The notes: generated by a model from the sequence alone, not told the origin. A DNA stretch of 64,000 nucleotides from Myxococcales bacterium (GCA_037445065.1 JBBILD010000014.1:29496-93495); one strand, 5' to 3'; counted from the first letter of the stretch, positions 1 to 10,341 are shown. Numbers and translations: made by a program.

Positions 1-209
1 CAGTCGAAACGACCCCGCCGCAATGCCCCCACGAGCAAGGTGGCGGCAAATGCCAACAAGCACAGCAGTAGCCCCAGCCCGAAGAGTGCAAACCCCCGCA
101 GCGGGGGCAGCCACTCGAGGTGCGCGAGCGTTGGCCCCGAGGCAAGCAGCCCGGTACCCGCGGCGAGAAGCATGCGGCAAGTGCGGCACGAGTTTGCGGA
201 AACCATCAT
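1..209 (-). CDS. Partial membrane protein running off the window (possibly a DUF1499-type N-terminus)
   Basis: Manual translation from ATG at 209/206 gives MMVSANSCRTCRMLLAAGTGLLASGPTLAHLEWLPPLRGFALFGLGLLLCLLAFAATLLVGALRRG..., with two hydrophobic helices and an open frame to the window edge. Confidence 0.55.
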   Translation of the reverse strand, partial: MMVSANSCRTCRMLLAAGTGLLASGPTLAHLEWLPPLRGFALFGLGLLLCLLAFAATLLVGALRRGRFD

Positions 210-543
210 TTCTGACACGAATTAGGCTCATACGTACAAGACGGGCCAGGGTCAAACTCTGCCATCCGGAGTTTTGGGACGCTTGGTCGCGCTTCGCGCG
301 GTAAAGCTGCGGGCGACGCTAGTTTTGTTCGCTTTGTCAGCACCGGCTTCCGGGGATGGAGCTTAGATCGTGAGCCGAGTGTCACCTGTTCTCGGACCGG
401 CTCGGCCAGCAAAAAAGTTCCATTGCTTGGCTTGTTGCCCAGGGTTAAGGATGAAATCACTGCCACTGATCCCAGGTGCGGGGTGGTGGAATCCGGAGGC
501 GGGAAAAGAAGGCACAGGAACCTTCGCTCGGTGGCCGGAACCG

Positions 544-1023
544 ATGAACCGACAACACAAGCACCAGGTGGAAAAAGCAGCGGTTGCAGCGCGCCTTCGG
601 CGCATGGGTTTTGATGTTCAAGAAGTGCCCCGCAACGGCAAGTACGATCTGCTGGTGGACGGGCATGTGCGAGTGGCGTTGCGTGTGGCCTTTCCTGGCA
701 GATACGCGCACACGGTGACGGTGAACGGACGGCGATACGCGTACGACTACAAAAGTTGGAACTTTAACTTCCACCGTCACGGGCGCTGGGACAAACGGTA
801 CTGCGACATTTTCGTTTGCATTGCCAAGCATCGCCGTGCGGAGGACGAGGTGTTTATCATCCCCGCCGAGGAAATTTCTGGTCCTACCTTTAGTCTGCAC
901 GGGGCGAGCAAGCCGTATCGGGGCCGGTATGCGCAATACCGAAACCGGTGGAGCTTGTTTTCCTCCTTCCCGCGTCGCGGGGAAGACTCCGGATCGAACC
1001 CGCAGGTCGCCGAAGTCGCCTGA
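544..1023 (+). CDS. PD-(D/E)XK-fold hypothetical protein with a degenerate catalytic motif
   Basis: Pattern E..V...L...GF.V......YDLLVDG..RVALRV, then W.F and CDIFVCIA...VFIIP, typical of small restriction-endonuclease-like folds; ATG at 544 within ORF 370..1023. Confidence 0.6.
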   Translation: MNRQHKHQVEKAAVAARLRRMGFDVQEVPRNGKYDLLVDGHVRVALRVAFPGRYAHTVTVNGRRYAYDYKSWNFNFHRHGRWDKRYCDIFVCIAKHRRAEDEVFIIPAEEISGPTFSLHGASKPYRGRYAQYRNRWSLFSSFPRRGEDSGSNPQVAEVA

Positions 1024-1546
1024 CGCCGAACTTCACCATGACCATGCTTCGCGTCGTGCCTGAGCGAACTAGCGGGTGAGCGTTCCGCCCACGTTTCCCG
1101 ATTCTGCGAGTGGGCATTTCCCGATCGGGGGCCGGATGTGTTCCCGCCCAGCGGGCGGAATCGCCGCCGCCCAGGGTGACGCATAAGCACCTGGCTCCAT
1201 TCGAATCTTCCGTTCGCCACGATCGTTCCGTTTCCGCGAGTCTGGTTGCGAGCAGAGCGCGGGGTGGTGCCGGAGCGCGGTGGGGGAGAAGTTCGTGTTC
1301 CGCATGCGGATGATTGGGTGGCCCGTTGAACCGCGACGGGCCACGCTGGGGGCGTCGGCCGCCCGGGCGTCGAGCGGCGAGCTCCTCGGGCATGACGTTC
1401 TCTGCCGACAACAGCAAAAAGTTTTCCTTGCAACCTGCCTTGTCATATGGCTTAATGAGTGGCCGTGGGGTGGGGCGCGGGACGCAAAAGGAACGCTGTG
1501 TCGGACGCGTTGGAGTTTTGAAAACAGCGAAACGGAGGGACGACGG

Positions 1547-3895
1547 ATGAAACGCTGCTTGATACGTACCGCTGGATTCCGATCGCCTTTTTGCGGGGTG
1601 GTCGTTTCCGTGTTGATTGGTACCCTCGTCATTCCACTCCTTGCTTTAGGAGATGATGGCGGGCTCCCATGGCCCTCTCGTTGGAATTCTGTCGGTGCTT
1701 GCGCCGAAGAGGAGGAAGAGGAGCCGGTAGGGGACAAGTCACCGAGGCGGGTAGATTTGGTCGGCGGCGCGGGGCAAGCAGCCGCGTTTTGGGCCGTAGA
1801 GCAGGGCTACGTCTTCTTCCGAGAGCGTGTCGTGCAGGAACCGTCCGGGCCTGGGGGTTTTGCGCAGTTTGTTTGGGCGGTGCTCCTGCAAACTCCGGAG
1901 GGTGATCCTCAGCAGTACCAGTGGTTGATTTCTCTCAATGGCAAGCGAGACAAGGTCGAGCTGTGGCAAAATACACGGGGAACACCTATCAGCTTCGATC
2001 CAATCTTCCGGGACCCCGCTGAGGTCCGGGTGGCCTCGCTACCCGCCACGCAATACGCGCGCCTCGTTCCGGCGGGCACTGCGTTCGGTGGCCAGGACAA
2101 CTTTTTCGTGGATTGGGCTTTTCCGATTCTATGCCGAGGGGAGAGCTCGGGAGATAGTTCGGGTTCCGGTGCATGCTTGGAGTCGCTCGGTGTCGATCCG
2201 CACACTGCCGCGTTTTGGTTTGTCACCAGTGCCAATGCCAACAATTTCAATAAGGATTGGTTGAATTGCCCGTTCTCCCCCGGCACTGAACTGGCCATTA
2301 CGAAGTCCGTGGCACCGTCGGTGATTCCGGCAGGAACGGGGAGTGCCGTCGAGTACACGGTTACGGTTCGAAACGGGGGTGTGCGGCGGGCGAACGGCAT
2401 TCAAGTTTGGGATTCGGACCTTCCGGGTTGGATTACTCCGAACAGTGTCTCTTCTTCGGCAGGAAGTGCCAACTTGGCGGCGGGTGGGTTCGAGGCGTCC
2501 CTGGCCTCTTTAGAGCCAGGGGCATCTCTGACGATTCGCTTGCTGGCGACCGCTTCCCCTCTGGCCGCGTCGAGCTTCGTCAACCGTGCTTCGGCGTTTG
2601 CCGTCAATGCAGCCCAGGTGGACGCGACGGCGCAACTCGAGGCGATCGCCGAAACGTTGACCCCTTCTCCGATTGCGACGCCGACCCCTACCGGACAGAG
2701 TGGATCGGTATCCCCGACCGCGGTAACAACCGCGATCCAACTTCCGACCCGGACGCCCACGGCAACCGCGACGATACCATCCTCGCCCTCCGCTACACCC
2801 ACTGCATCCTCTACGAACACGCAGACCTCCACTGCTACCCAAACGAGTACGCCCACGCCGACGGCTACGCGCACCTCGACTCCGCTGCCGAGCGCCACCC
2901 CAACTCCGACAACCTTGTGCGGCAACGGAGACTTGGATCCGGGTGAGAGCTGTGACGATGGGAACAACGTTGACGGAGACTGTTGTACAGGTGACTGCCG
3001 GGCCGAACCGCCCGGTGCCACGTGTGACGACGGCTTGGCTTGCACCGTCGGAGACGTATGCGACGGCTTTGGTGTGTGCCGTTCCGAACCATCCACCGGG
3101 CAGTACGCCATCTTACGGTGGTCGAGCGCCGAACCGCTGGGCAGCTTCACGACCGTCTTAGGCCAACGATCTCTGGTTTTGGGTCACGTTTGCACAGATA
3201 TCGTGCGGGCAAACGGCAGCGCGCGCGTGCTCGGAGACTTGGTGGGACTGATGACAAGCGGCAACGCGATCGTTTTCGGGAAGCGAACACAAGTAACAGG
3301 GGCGGTGGTCACCGGAGGCGGGTTTGTAGCCGGACTCGATAAGGCTCTGGTGGGGGAATTCAAAGGCGCAGACTCCCAAGGCGAAACTCCTGAAATGGTG
3401 CAGTGTGCAGACGCTCGCCAGCAAACCGCTGCGCTGCGTGGTGAACTTCTGAGTGCTGCCTCGGATCCCCAAAACAGGTTCGGAGCCGTTGTGATCAAGG
3501 CGCGTAAGATGCTTCGCTTGCCGGTCTCGGGAACGTTCGGTGCCGGTTCTGTGGTGCTGGATTTCGATGACCTCAAGATTTCTTCGAGTGGGAAACTCAT
3601 CTTGGCTGCGGGACCAGAAACAGAGGAAATCGTTCTGCGCATTGCGAACCGCTTCCGGGCGGCTCGCCGGGCGAAGATCGAGCTGGAAGGGCTGCAAGCG
3701 AATCAGGTGGTCCTTTTGGTTCAGGGCCCGGTCACGATCGGTGGGAGTGCCATCGTGCGCGGCACGTTGATCGGCTCCGACCGCATTGTCATGCGCCGCC
3801 GCGCACTTTTGGAAGGAGCGTTGTTTGGCCGCACGCTCTTGCTGAGTGGGAGTGCCCGAGTGCAGCGGGCGCCGTGGGTCGGCTGGTGTCGGTGA
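1547..3895 (+). CDS. Secreted multidomain protein: DUF11-like Ig domain, Thr/Pro linker, Myxococcus-type Cys-rich repeat, C-terminal beta-solenoid-like region
   Basis: RBS GGAGGGA before ATG 1547; hydrophobic N-terminus; LAITKSV...VEYTVTVRNGG (DUF11-like); TPTPT tract; CGNGDLDPGESCDDGNNVDGDCC..C and CDDGLACTVGDVC. Confidence 0.8.
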   Translation: MKRCLIRTAGFRSPFCGVVVSVLIGTLVIPLLALGDDGGLPWPSRWNSVGACAEEEEEEPVGDKSPRRVDLVGGAGQAAAFWAVEQGYVFFRERVVQEPSGPGGFAQFVWAVLLQTPEGDPQQYQWLISLNGKRDKVELWQNTRGTPISFDPIFRDPAEVRVASLPATQYARLVPAGTAFGGQDNFFVDWAFPILCRGESSGDSSGSGACLESLGVDPHTAAFWFVTSANANNFNKDWLNCPFSPGTELAITKSVAPSVIPAGTGSAVEYTVTVRNGGVRRANGIQVWDSDLPGWITPNSVSSSAGSANLAAGGFEASLASLEPGASLTIRLLATASPLAASSFVNRASAFAVNAAQVDATAQLEAIAETLTPSPIATPTPTGQSGSVSPTAVTTAIQLPTRTPTATATIPSSPSATPTASSTNTQTSTATQTSTPTPTATRTSTPLPSATPTPTTLCGNGDLDPGESCDDGNNVDGDCCTGDCRAEPPGATCDDGLACTVGDVCDGFGVCRSEPSTGQYAILRWSSAEPLGSFTTVLGQRSLVLGHVCTDIVRANGSARVLGDLVGLMTSGNAIVFGKRTQVTGAVVTGGGFVAGLDKALVGEFKGADSQGETPEMVQCADARQQTAALRGELLSAASDPQNRFGAVVIKARKMLRLPVSGTFGAGSVVLDFDDLKISSSGKLILAAGPETEEIVLRIANRFRAARRAKIELEGLQANQVVLLVQGPVTIGGSAIVRGTLIGSDRIVMRRRALLEGALFGRTLLLSGSARVQRAPWVGWCR

Positions 3896-4139
3896 TCTGA
3901 TCCTGGCCAGGGCGCACTGGCGCCGGCTGCATCGTGGCGAGGTGGAAGCTACAGACCCTCGGAGGGGTGGGTTTCGATTCGTCCAGACCTGGCTGTGCTC
4001 GACGAACCTTCCGAGGGGCCTAGTAGAGAAACCTGCGTCGTCGCTCCTTGACTTTGGCGTCGGGAAGGCGGACGAGGCGGGCCTTGTTCCACGCTCGTGC
4101 CCGGAGGCATCGAGTGAGCCGGATCAGTGGGAGCAGTAC

Positions 4140-7100
4140 TTAACGCCGTGAATGCAGGCGGTAATACACGAGCGGTACGACCCCGAGCGTAAAGAGTGTG
4201 GAGGCGCTGATCCCAAAGATGAAGCTCCAGGCCAGTCCGGAAAAGATGGGATCGAGAGTGATGACAATCGAGCCGAACATCGCTGCTCCCGCCGTGAGAA
4301 AAATCGGCCGCAGGCGTGTAGCCCCTGCTTCGATGATGGTTTCGGCCAGAGGCTTTTCCGGTGCTTGCGCCTGGATGTGCTGGATAAAGTCGATCAAAAT
4401 GATCGAGTTACGCACCACGATACCAGCGAGCGCAATCATGCCGATCATCCCCGTAGCGGTGAAAAAAATCGGGTTGGGGTAATCGCCCACCGGGCTAGTG
4501 AACAGCAGGTTCAGGAGCCAAAAGCCGGGCATGATCCCGATGAGGGTCAGAGGGATGGCGATCATAATGACCAGAGGGAGGACCAGTGACTGGGTTTGCG
4601 CCACAAGCAGGACGTAAATCATGATCAGTGCGGCGCCAAAGGCGAGCCCTAAGTCACGGAAAACGTCCACCGTGATTTTCCACTCGCCTTCGCCGGCGAG
4701 TTCTACATGATACCCTGGAGGTAGCGGCGAGCCGGCAAGCCATTTGTGGAGATCGAGCACGGCTTCAACGGGACTTCTGCCAGCCATTTCGCCGATCACG
4801 TACTGCAGTCTTCGTAAGTTCTTGTGAAAGATCGTTGCCTCCCCGTGGCTCTCCTGGACTTCGACCAACTCGCCCAACGGAATCAGTGCCCCCGTCTGAG
4901 TCCGCACAGGGAGGGATCGCAACTCTACAAGCGACGTTCGCTGCGGCCGAGGTACGCGGAGTTCAACGAGGAGGGGGACGCGTTCGTTCTCTTCTTGGAC
5001 TCGCCCGACGGGTACCCCGCGCACCGCGCCCTCGAGCGTGCGAGCAATCTGCTCGACGCTTACTCCGGTGAGCGCGGCTTTTTCTCGCAGCACGTGCAGC
5101 ACGATCTTTTCGTGATGCGCTTCCGCGAAATCGTCCACGTCAACCACACCGGTTGTGCGCTCCATGACGGCACGGACCTGCTTTGCCACAGCTGTCAGCT
5201 CCGCGTTACTCGCGTCGAGAGGGCCGTACACCTCGGCAACCAGCGTCGCGATTACCGGGGGGCCCGGCGGCACTTCGACGATCTTGACGTTCGCGCCATA
5301 CTGCCGCGCGATACGCTCCACCTGGGGGCGAATGCGCAGCGCGATCTCGTGTGATTGTTGCTGGCGTTCCTCCTTCGGAAGAAGAGAAATGCGTATGTCT
5401 GCGAGGTGACTCCCCAGCCTGAGATAATAGTGCCGCACCATGCCGTTGAAGTCCATTGGCGAGGGAACCCCAACGTAGGTGGTATACTCAGTCACTTCGG
5501 GAACGGTTGCCAAATAGGCGCCCAGAGCACGGGCGACCGCATCTGTGGTCTCGAGGGTAGAACCGCGCGGCATGTCAATCACCAGCGCAAGTTCGTTTTT
5601 GTTGTCGAAAGGCAGCATCTTCAGTGGCACGAGCCGCGTTGTCGCCAGCAACGCCGACGCTAGGAAGGCAACCGCAACGGCGCTTAGAAACCAGGTGCCT
5701 TTTCGGGGCTCGGTGAGGAGTGGGAGCAGCAGCCTGCGATACCACCGGTACGTGCGCGTTGTGGTGATCTCGAAGGGGGCCTCGTGGCCTTTGCCATATT
5801 CAGTTTTCAAAAGATGGTAACTGGCCCACGGCGTTACGGTGAAAGCGACCACCAAGGAGATCAGCATCGCGACGGGTACGTTAAACGCCATCGGCGCCAT
5901 GTACGGCCCCATCATGCCGGTGATGAAAAACATCGGGAGAAAGGACACGATGACGGTGAACGTGGCGAGGATCACCGGCGGACGGACCTCATCCACCGCA
6001 GTCAGCGTCGCCTGGAAGGGTGGTTCGCGGCGGAGTTGAAAGTGGCGGTATATGTTCTCGACGTCAACGATCGGGTCGTCGACGAGCAGTCCCAGCGAGA
6101 GGATCAGGGCAAAAAGGGTGACGCGGTTGATCGTGTATCCGAAAATCCAGTCGAGCACGAGAGTGAGCGCGAGCGTCATGGGCACGGCGAGCGCCACGAT
6201 CAGCGACTCTTTCGGCCCCAGTGCGATGGCCAGTAGGACCAGGATCGTTGCCACCGCGATGAAGAGGTGTTTGACCAACTCGTTGACTTTGTGATCGGCA
6301 GTCTCGCCGTAGTTGCGCGTTACGGTGACAACAACGTCGTCGGGCAATAAGATCCCACGCTGAGATTTGACCGCTTCGATAAGCTGCTCCGCAACTCGGA
6401 CCGCGTTGGTTCCCTTGCGCTTTGCGACCGCGATGGTCACCGCATCGCACTCAAAGCCCCCCTCTCCTTGGCACCAAGACTCCCTTGGTTGCTCCATCAG
6501 ATGGCTGGGAAGCCACAGGTGGTGGGCGTTCTCAAAAGCCGGCCCAAAGCCGATGCGAGTGTACGACTCGATTTCGGCGGGCCCATCGACCACCCGCGCA
6601 ACGTTGCGCAACAGGATCGGCCGTCCGTCCGTGGCGCTCAGCACGGTGTTCTCCACCTCCGCGCGGGAGCGGAAGAACGGTCCCACCTCCAAGAGCACGT
6701 CGCGATTGCCGCGCTCGAAGCGACCGGCGTGCACGTTCATGTTTGCAGCTTGAAGGCCCCTCACCACCTCGAGCAGGGTCAGCCCATGTGCCGCCAGCCG
6801 CGCTGGCTCGACGAAAACCGACAACCGCCGCGGCTCGCCTCCGACGACGGCACTGCGCCCCGTGTCCGGCACCCGAGTGAGTTTGTCGAGCAGTTCGTCG
6901 GCTAGGCGGCGAAGTTGTGCACTGTCGTAGCGGTTGCCCGGCGACCACAAGGTGAAGAGCACAATCGGCACGTCGTCGATTTCGACCGGCTTGACGATCC
7001 AGCTCGTCACACCTGGAGGCATCGCGTCCTGGTTGGACATGAGCTTGTTCCACACCTTCACCAAGCTGCGTTCGCGGTCCTCGCCGACGTAAAAGCGAAC

Positions 7101-7409
7101 TGTGGCGATTGCCTCTCCCGGACGAGACATCGAGTACACGTACTCGACCCCATCGATCTCCCACAGCTTCGATTCCAAGGGGGTCGAGACGAGCTTCTCT
7201 ACCTCTTCCGCCGTGGCCCCACGGAAGCGGACGAAGACATCCGCAAAAGGAACCACGATTTGTGGTTCCTCTTCGCGAGGGGTTACCAGAAGCGCCATGC
7301 CTCCGGCCAGCAAGGATGCGAGAAAGAACAGCGGAGAGAGATGGCCGCTAAGGAATTTCTCGACAATCCGAGCGGTCAGCTTCCTGCGCGCAGACCCATC
7401 AGCCTTCAT
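4140..7409 (-). CDS. RND efflux transporter permease subunit (AcrB/CusA superfamily)
   Basis: ~1090 aa; PREEEPQI, GLLVDDPIVDVENI, GIVVRNSIILIDF and RLRPIFLT motifs. Confidence 0.95.
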   Translation of the reverse strand: MKADGSARRKLTARIVEKFLSGHLSPLFFLASLLAGGMALLVTPREEEPQIVVPFADVFVRFRGATAEEVEKLVSTPLESKLWEIDGVEYVYSMSRPGEAIATVRFYVGEDRERSLVKVWNKLMSNQDAMPPGVTSWIVKPVEIDDVPIVLFTLWSPGNRYDSAQLRRLADELLDKLTRVPDTGRSAVVGGEPRRLSVFVEPARLAAHGLTLLEVVRGLQAANMNVHAGRFERGNRDVLLEVGPFFRSRAEVENTVLSATDGRPILLRNVARVVDGPAEIESYTRIGFGPAFENAHHLWLPSHLMEQPRESWCQGEGGFECDAVTIAVAKRKGTNAVRVAEQLIEAVKSQRGILLPDDVVVTVTRNYGETADHKVNELVKHLFIAVATILVLLAIALGPKESLIVALAVPMTLALTLVLDWIFGYTINRVTLFALILSLGLLVDDPIVDVENIYRHFQLRREPPFQATLTAVDEVRPPVILATFTVIVSFLPMFFITGMMGPYMAPMAFNVPVAMLISLVVAFTVTPWASYHLLKTEYGKGHEAPFEITTTRTYRWYRRLLLPLLTEPRKGTWFLSAVAVAFLASALLATTRLVPLKMLPFDNKNELALVIDMPRGSTLETTDAVARALGAYLATVPEVTEYTTYVGVPSPMDFNGMVRHYYLRLGSHLADIRISLLPKEERQQQSHEIALRIRPQVERIARQYGANVKIVEVPPGPPVIATLVAEVYGPLDASNAELTAVAKQVRAVMERTTGVVDVDDFAEAHHEKIVLHVLREKAALTGVSVEQIARTLEGAVRGVPVGRVQEENERVPLLVELRVPRPQRTSLVELRSLPVRTQTGALIPLGELVEVQESHGEATIFHKNLRRLQYVIGEMAGRSPVEAVLDLHKWLAGSPLPPGYHVELAGEGEWKITVDVFRDLGLAFGAALIMIYVLLVAQTQSLVLPLVIMIAIPLTLIGIMPGFWLLNLLFTSPVGDYPNPIFFTATGMIGMIALAGIVVRNSIILIDFIQHIQAQAPEKPLAETIIEAGATRLRPIFLTAGAAMFGSIVITLDPIFSGLAWSFIFGISASTLFTLGVVPLVYYRLHSRR

Positions 7410-8502
7410 GCTGTTCACCGTTTCGTCGGAGAGGAAGGTACACTTCGGTCCCGGGCTCGAGGCCGGAGAGTACCTCGAGCCAATCACCGTACTGCTTCCC
7501 TGTCCGCACCAGACGCAGTACCGCTCTTGAATTTTCCCGTACGTAGACCATCTCGAGCTGACCGCGGCGAACGACAGCGCCGGCCGGAACGAGGGTTGCG
7601 ATGCGCGTACCTACTGGCACCTCGAGCGTGCCGTACGCACCTGGAAGCAGCTTGGCCTCCTGGGGAAGCGACAGCTTGATCAGAATCGTTCGCGTGCTCG
7701 GCTCTGCCCGCGGGGCAATTTCTTCGATCTGCCCGTCTAACTGGAGCGGTGGGTTGTGAATGCGAATGGTGAGCTTGTCGGCCACCCGTAACCTTGCCCC
7801 AGCGCCCTCGGCAACGTGTGCTTCGAAGCGAAGAGCGCTGGGGTCGTGCACAATGACAAGCGGTCGGCCTGGTGTGGCGAGGTCCCCGGGGTCCACGAAT
7901 CGGGCGGCAACGACTCCCGAAAACGGTGCGAGCACCTGCGTGTCGGCAAGCACGGATTCAGCCTCGGCAAGGGCTTGCCGGGCACGGCCTCTGGCTGCCT
8001 CCGCGGCACGCGCGCGTGCCTCGGCAGCATCGCGCTCCTGCTTGGTTGCCGCTTCGCGCTCGAATAACGCGCGAATGCGCCGGAGCTCTATGTGTGCGTG
8101 CTGTGCTTCGGCCTCGGCCGCGGCGAGGGCTGCCCGCGCCTGGTCCGCCCTGGCGCGGATCTCGCGGTCGTCGAGGCGAACGAGGACTTGTCCGCGCTCG
8201 ACTGGGTCCCCCAACTGTACGCCAACGTCTTCGACTCTCGCGATCACCTTGGCGGCTACGTGGCCAACGAGGCGCGAACTCACCGCACCAGGCCAAGAGA
8301 CGGTTTCTACGACTGGCCGCTGTTCGACTTTGCTGACTGTACCCTCGATAACCCAGGCCGGTGCAGGCACAGAGCCAGGTTTGACTTTGTGGAAGTCCAG
8401 CGTCCCCGAGAGGTACAACAGGATTCCTATGAGGCTCGCGACCGCCGCCAATGTGGCCAGCGAGCGAGGAGACCAAAGCGAGATTGCGGTTCGTTCGCTC
8501 AT
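7399..8502 (-). CDS. RND efflux periplasmic adaptor (membrane fusion protein)
   Basis: N-terminal TM, lipoyl-like halves (GDPVERGQVLVRLD; APFSGVV...VDPGD), coiled coil, C-terminal VLSGL.PG. Confidence 0.93.
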   Translation of the reverse strand: MSERTAISLWSPRSLATLAAVASLIGILLYLSGTLDFHKVKPGSVPAPAWVIEGTVSKVEQRPVVETVSWPGAVSSRLVGHVAAKVIARVEDVGVQLGDPVERGQVLVRLDDREIRARADQARAALAAAEAEAQHAHIELRRIRALFEREAATKQERDAAEARARAAEAARGRARQALAEAESVLADTQVLAPFSGVVAARFVDPGDLATPGRPLVIVHDPSALRFEAHVAEGAGARLRVADKLTIRIHNPPLQLDGQIEEIAPRAEPSTRTILIKLSLPQEAKLLPGAYGTLEVPVGTRIATLVPAGAVVRRGQLEMVYVRENSRAVLRLVRTGKQYGDWLEVLSGLEPGTEVYLPLRRNGEQHEG

Positions 8503-9857
8503 GGGTGCTTACCCTCCTCTGCCCACTCTCCCATCGCTTTGCGCAGCGCCACCTCAGCGCGGCGGGCGTCGAAGCGGGCAGTCACGAACCGGGCACGGGC
8601 CTCCGTGCGGGCGGCTTCAGCTTCGAGGTATCTTGTGACCGTAACCACACCTTCCCGGTATTGCTCGTTGACGAGTCGCAACGCTTCCTCGGCGGCATCC
8701 AAGGCTACCCGTGAGACTTGCTCGCGTTCTTGCGTTTCTCGCCAGTCCAGATACGAGCGGTGGAGTTCGAGCTCGATAGCGAGTCGTGCCTTCTCGAGGT
8801 TCTCGCGAGCCTCTGCGAGCTTTTCTTGTGCGGCCCGAACTCGAGCAGTGGTTCGGAAGCCATTGAATAGGTCCCACTCCGCAGTTGCGCCGAAGAACCA
8901 GTTGTAGCGGCTTCGCGAAAGGTCGAGGTTGGTTGCATTTTGGCCGTAGGATCCCACTAAATCCACCCTGGGTAGAAGTGCAGCCTGCTCGGCGCGGAGC
9001 TCCGCTTCCCGGGCTGCAACCATCTCGCGGGCTGTACGCAACTCCGGGCGCATGGTTGCAGCGCGCGCCAGCGCCTCATCGAAGGTCACATCCAGAGATT
9101 GTGTTGCGGGCGCGGGGGGGATTACCTCCAGTGGTGCGCCGGCCGGAAAGGCCAGGATCGTGCGCAAGCTTGCCCGTGCCAGCTCCGTTGCATTGAGGGC
9201 TCGCAGTTTTGCCTCCTGAGCCGCGGCCAGGCGCGCTTCCAATGACAACACATCGGAGCGGAGTGCAACGCCTTCCGCACTGCGGCTTCGTGTCAGCCTT
9301 AAGGTGCTCTCGATGGCGGTCGCCGAGGCGTTGGCCGTTTCCACATGTTCAGGGGCGGACAGCAACGCCAAATAGGCCGCGGCTGCCATGTCTACCAAGG
9401 CATTCCGGGTCGCGGCAGCTTCTCCTTGCGACGCATACAGTAGGTGCCGAGCAGCACGAGCGCGGAAGTAATCTTGCCCCCCGCGAAAGAGGGGTAGCGT
9501 TGCGTTGATTTCGGGGCGGACGTCGTCGGTGGGACCAGGCCGGTTGATGTTTTGCCCAAACGCGAACCGCCGCTGAGCGACAATCATGGCGAATGCCTGC
9601 GCGGGGTTGTCCGTGCGGCTGTACTGCAGGCGAAGGCCAAGGTGCGGGTAAAAGGCGGCAAATGCCTCCTCGAGCCGCGCTTGCGCCTCGTCGATCCTGT
9701 GGGTCGCCGCGCGAAGGTCTGGGTTGCGCTGCAGGGCGAGGGCAATCACGGTCGCAAGATCGTAGGGCTCCTCCCCCCGTGCAAAAGTCGGCAAAGCGAG
9801 CGCCAGGCAGCAAACCAGCCACCGCAGAAGACGAGCAAATTGCATGGAGCGGCTCAT
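8499..9857 (-). CDS. TolC family outer membrane efflux protein
   Basis: Signal peptide; two OEP-like repeats (ALQRNPDL...YPHLGL; RPEL...LPRVDL); overlaps neighbouring operon genes. Confidence 0.92.
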   Translation of the reverse strand: MSRSMQFARLLRWLVCCLALALPTFARGEEPYDLATVIALALQRNPDLRAATHRIDEAQARLEEAFAAFYPHLGLRLQYSRTDNPAQAFAMIVAQRRFAFGQNINRPGPTDDVRPEINATLPLFRGGQDYFRARAARHLLYASQGEAAATRNALVDMAAAAYLALLSAPEHVETANASATAIESTLRLTRSRSAEGVALRSDVLSLEARLAAAQEAKLRALNATELARASLRTILAFPAGAPLEVIPPAPATQSLDVTFDEALARAATMRPELRTAREMVAAREAELRAEQAALLPRVDLVGSYGQNATNLDLSRSRYNWFFGATAEWDLFNGFRTTARVRAAQEKLAEARENLEKARLAIELELHRSYLDWRETQEREQVSRVALDAAEEALRLVNEQYREGVVTVTRYLEAEAARTEARARFVTARFDARRAEVALRKAMGEWAEEGKHP

Positions 9858-10039
9858 TTGGTTCCGAGTTTGCGCAGGACCTTCTCAGCCGGGCAAAACC
9901 CCGTGAAGGCGGACTGAATGAGGTTGAGCGAAACAAAAGCGGCGAGCAGAAACCAAGCTGGGTGCACGAAGTAGCCCAACGCCAGACTGACTCCTACGAG
10001 AGTACCGGCGAGTAGTCGCACGCCTCGTTCCGTTGTCAT
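9854..10039 (-). CDS. DUF2892 (YgaP-like) small membrane protein
   Basis: RBS AAGGAGGA; MTTERGVRLLAG...LNLIQSAFTGFCPAEKVL with the typical TGFCP motif. Confidence 0.85.
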   Translation of the reverse strand: MTTERGVRLLAGTLVGVSLALGYFVHPAWFLLAAFVSLNLIQSAFTGFCPAEKVLRKLGTK

Positions 10040-10341
10040 GTCATCCTCCTTTGCTTTTTGCTCCGTCTCGTTAGAGCCGGTGAGCGGAAAAAAGGTTTCA
10101 CTCCAGTTCCCCCATTCTTCTCCCAAAGGCAGTTCGCTTTTGCGCGGACCGGCGCTGGGAAGCAAGGAACGGTACGTCCCGCTTTCGGTCAGAGCAGGGC
10201 CAAAACCAATCCGCACAGGGAGGCATCGTGGGCGGGCGTGCGCCTTAGGTCGCGAGGCGGGCCGGCCACGGCTCCCCCGAAAAACAGCGATTGCGCCTGC
10301 CGGTTCATTGGCGTAGAACAGCGGGCGCGGGCAATGCAGTG

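Noticed and set aside
455..530. Cobalamin riboswitch-like GCCACTG...GGGAA
   Set aside because: Upstream GGGAA/CCCC-ACTGT core and the B12 box are not found
10161..10177. Sigma54 promoter for the efflux operon
   Set aside because: The -12 TTGCT is present but the -24 position reads GT rather than the invariant GG
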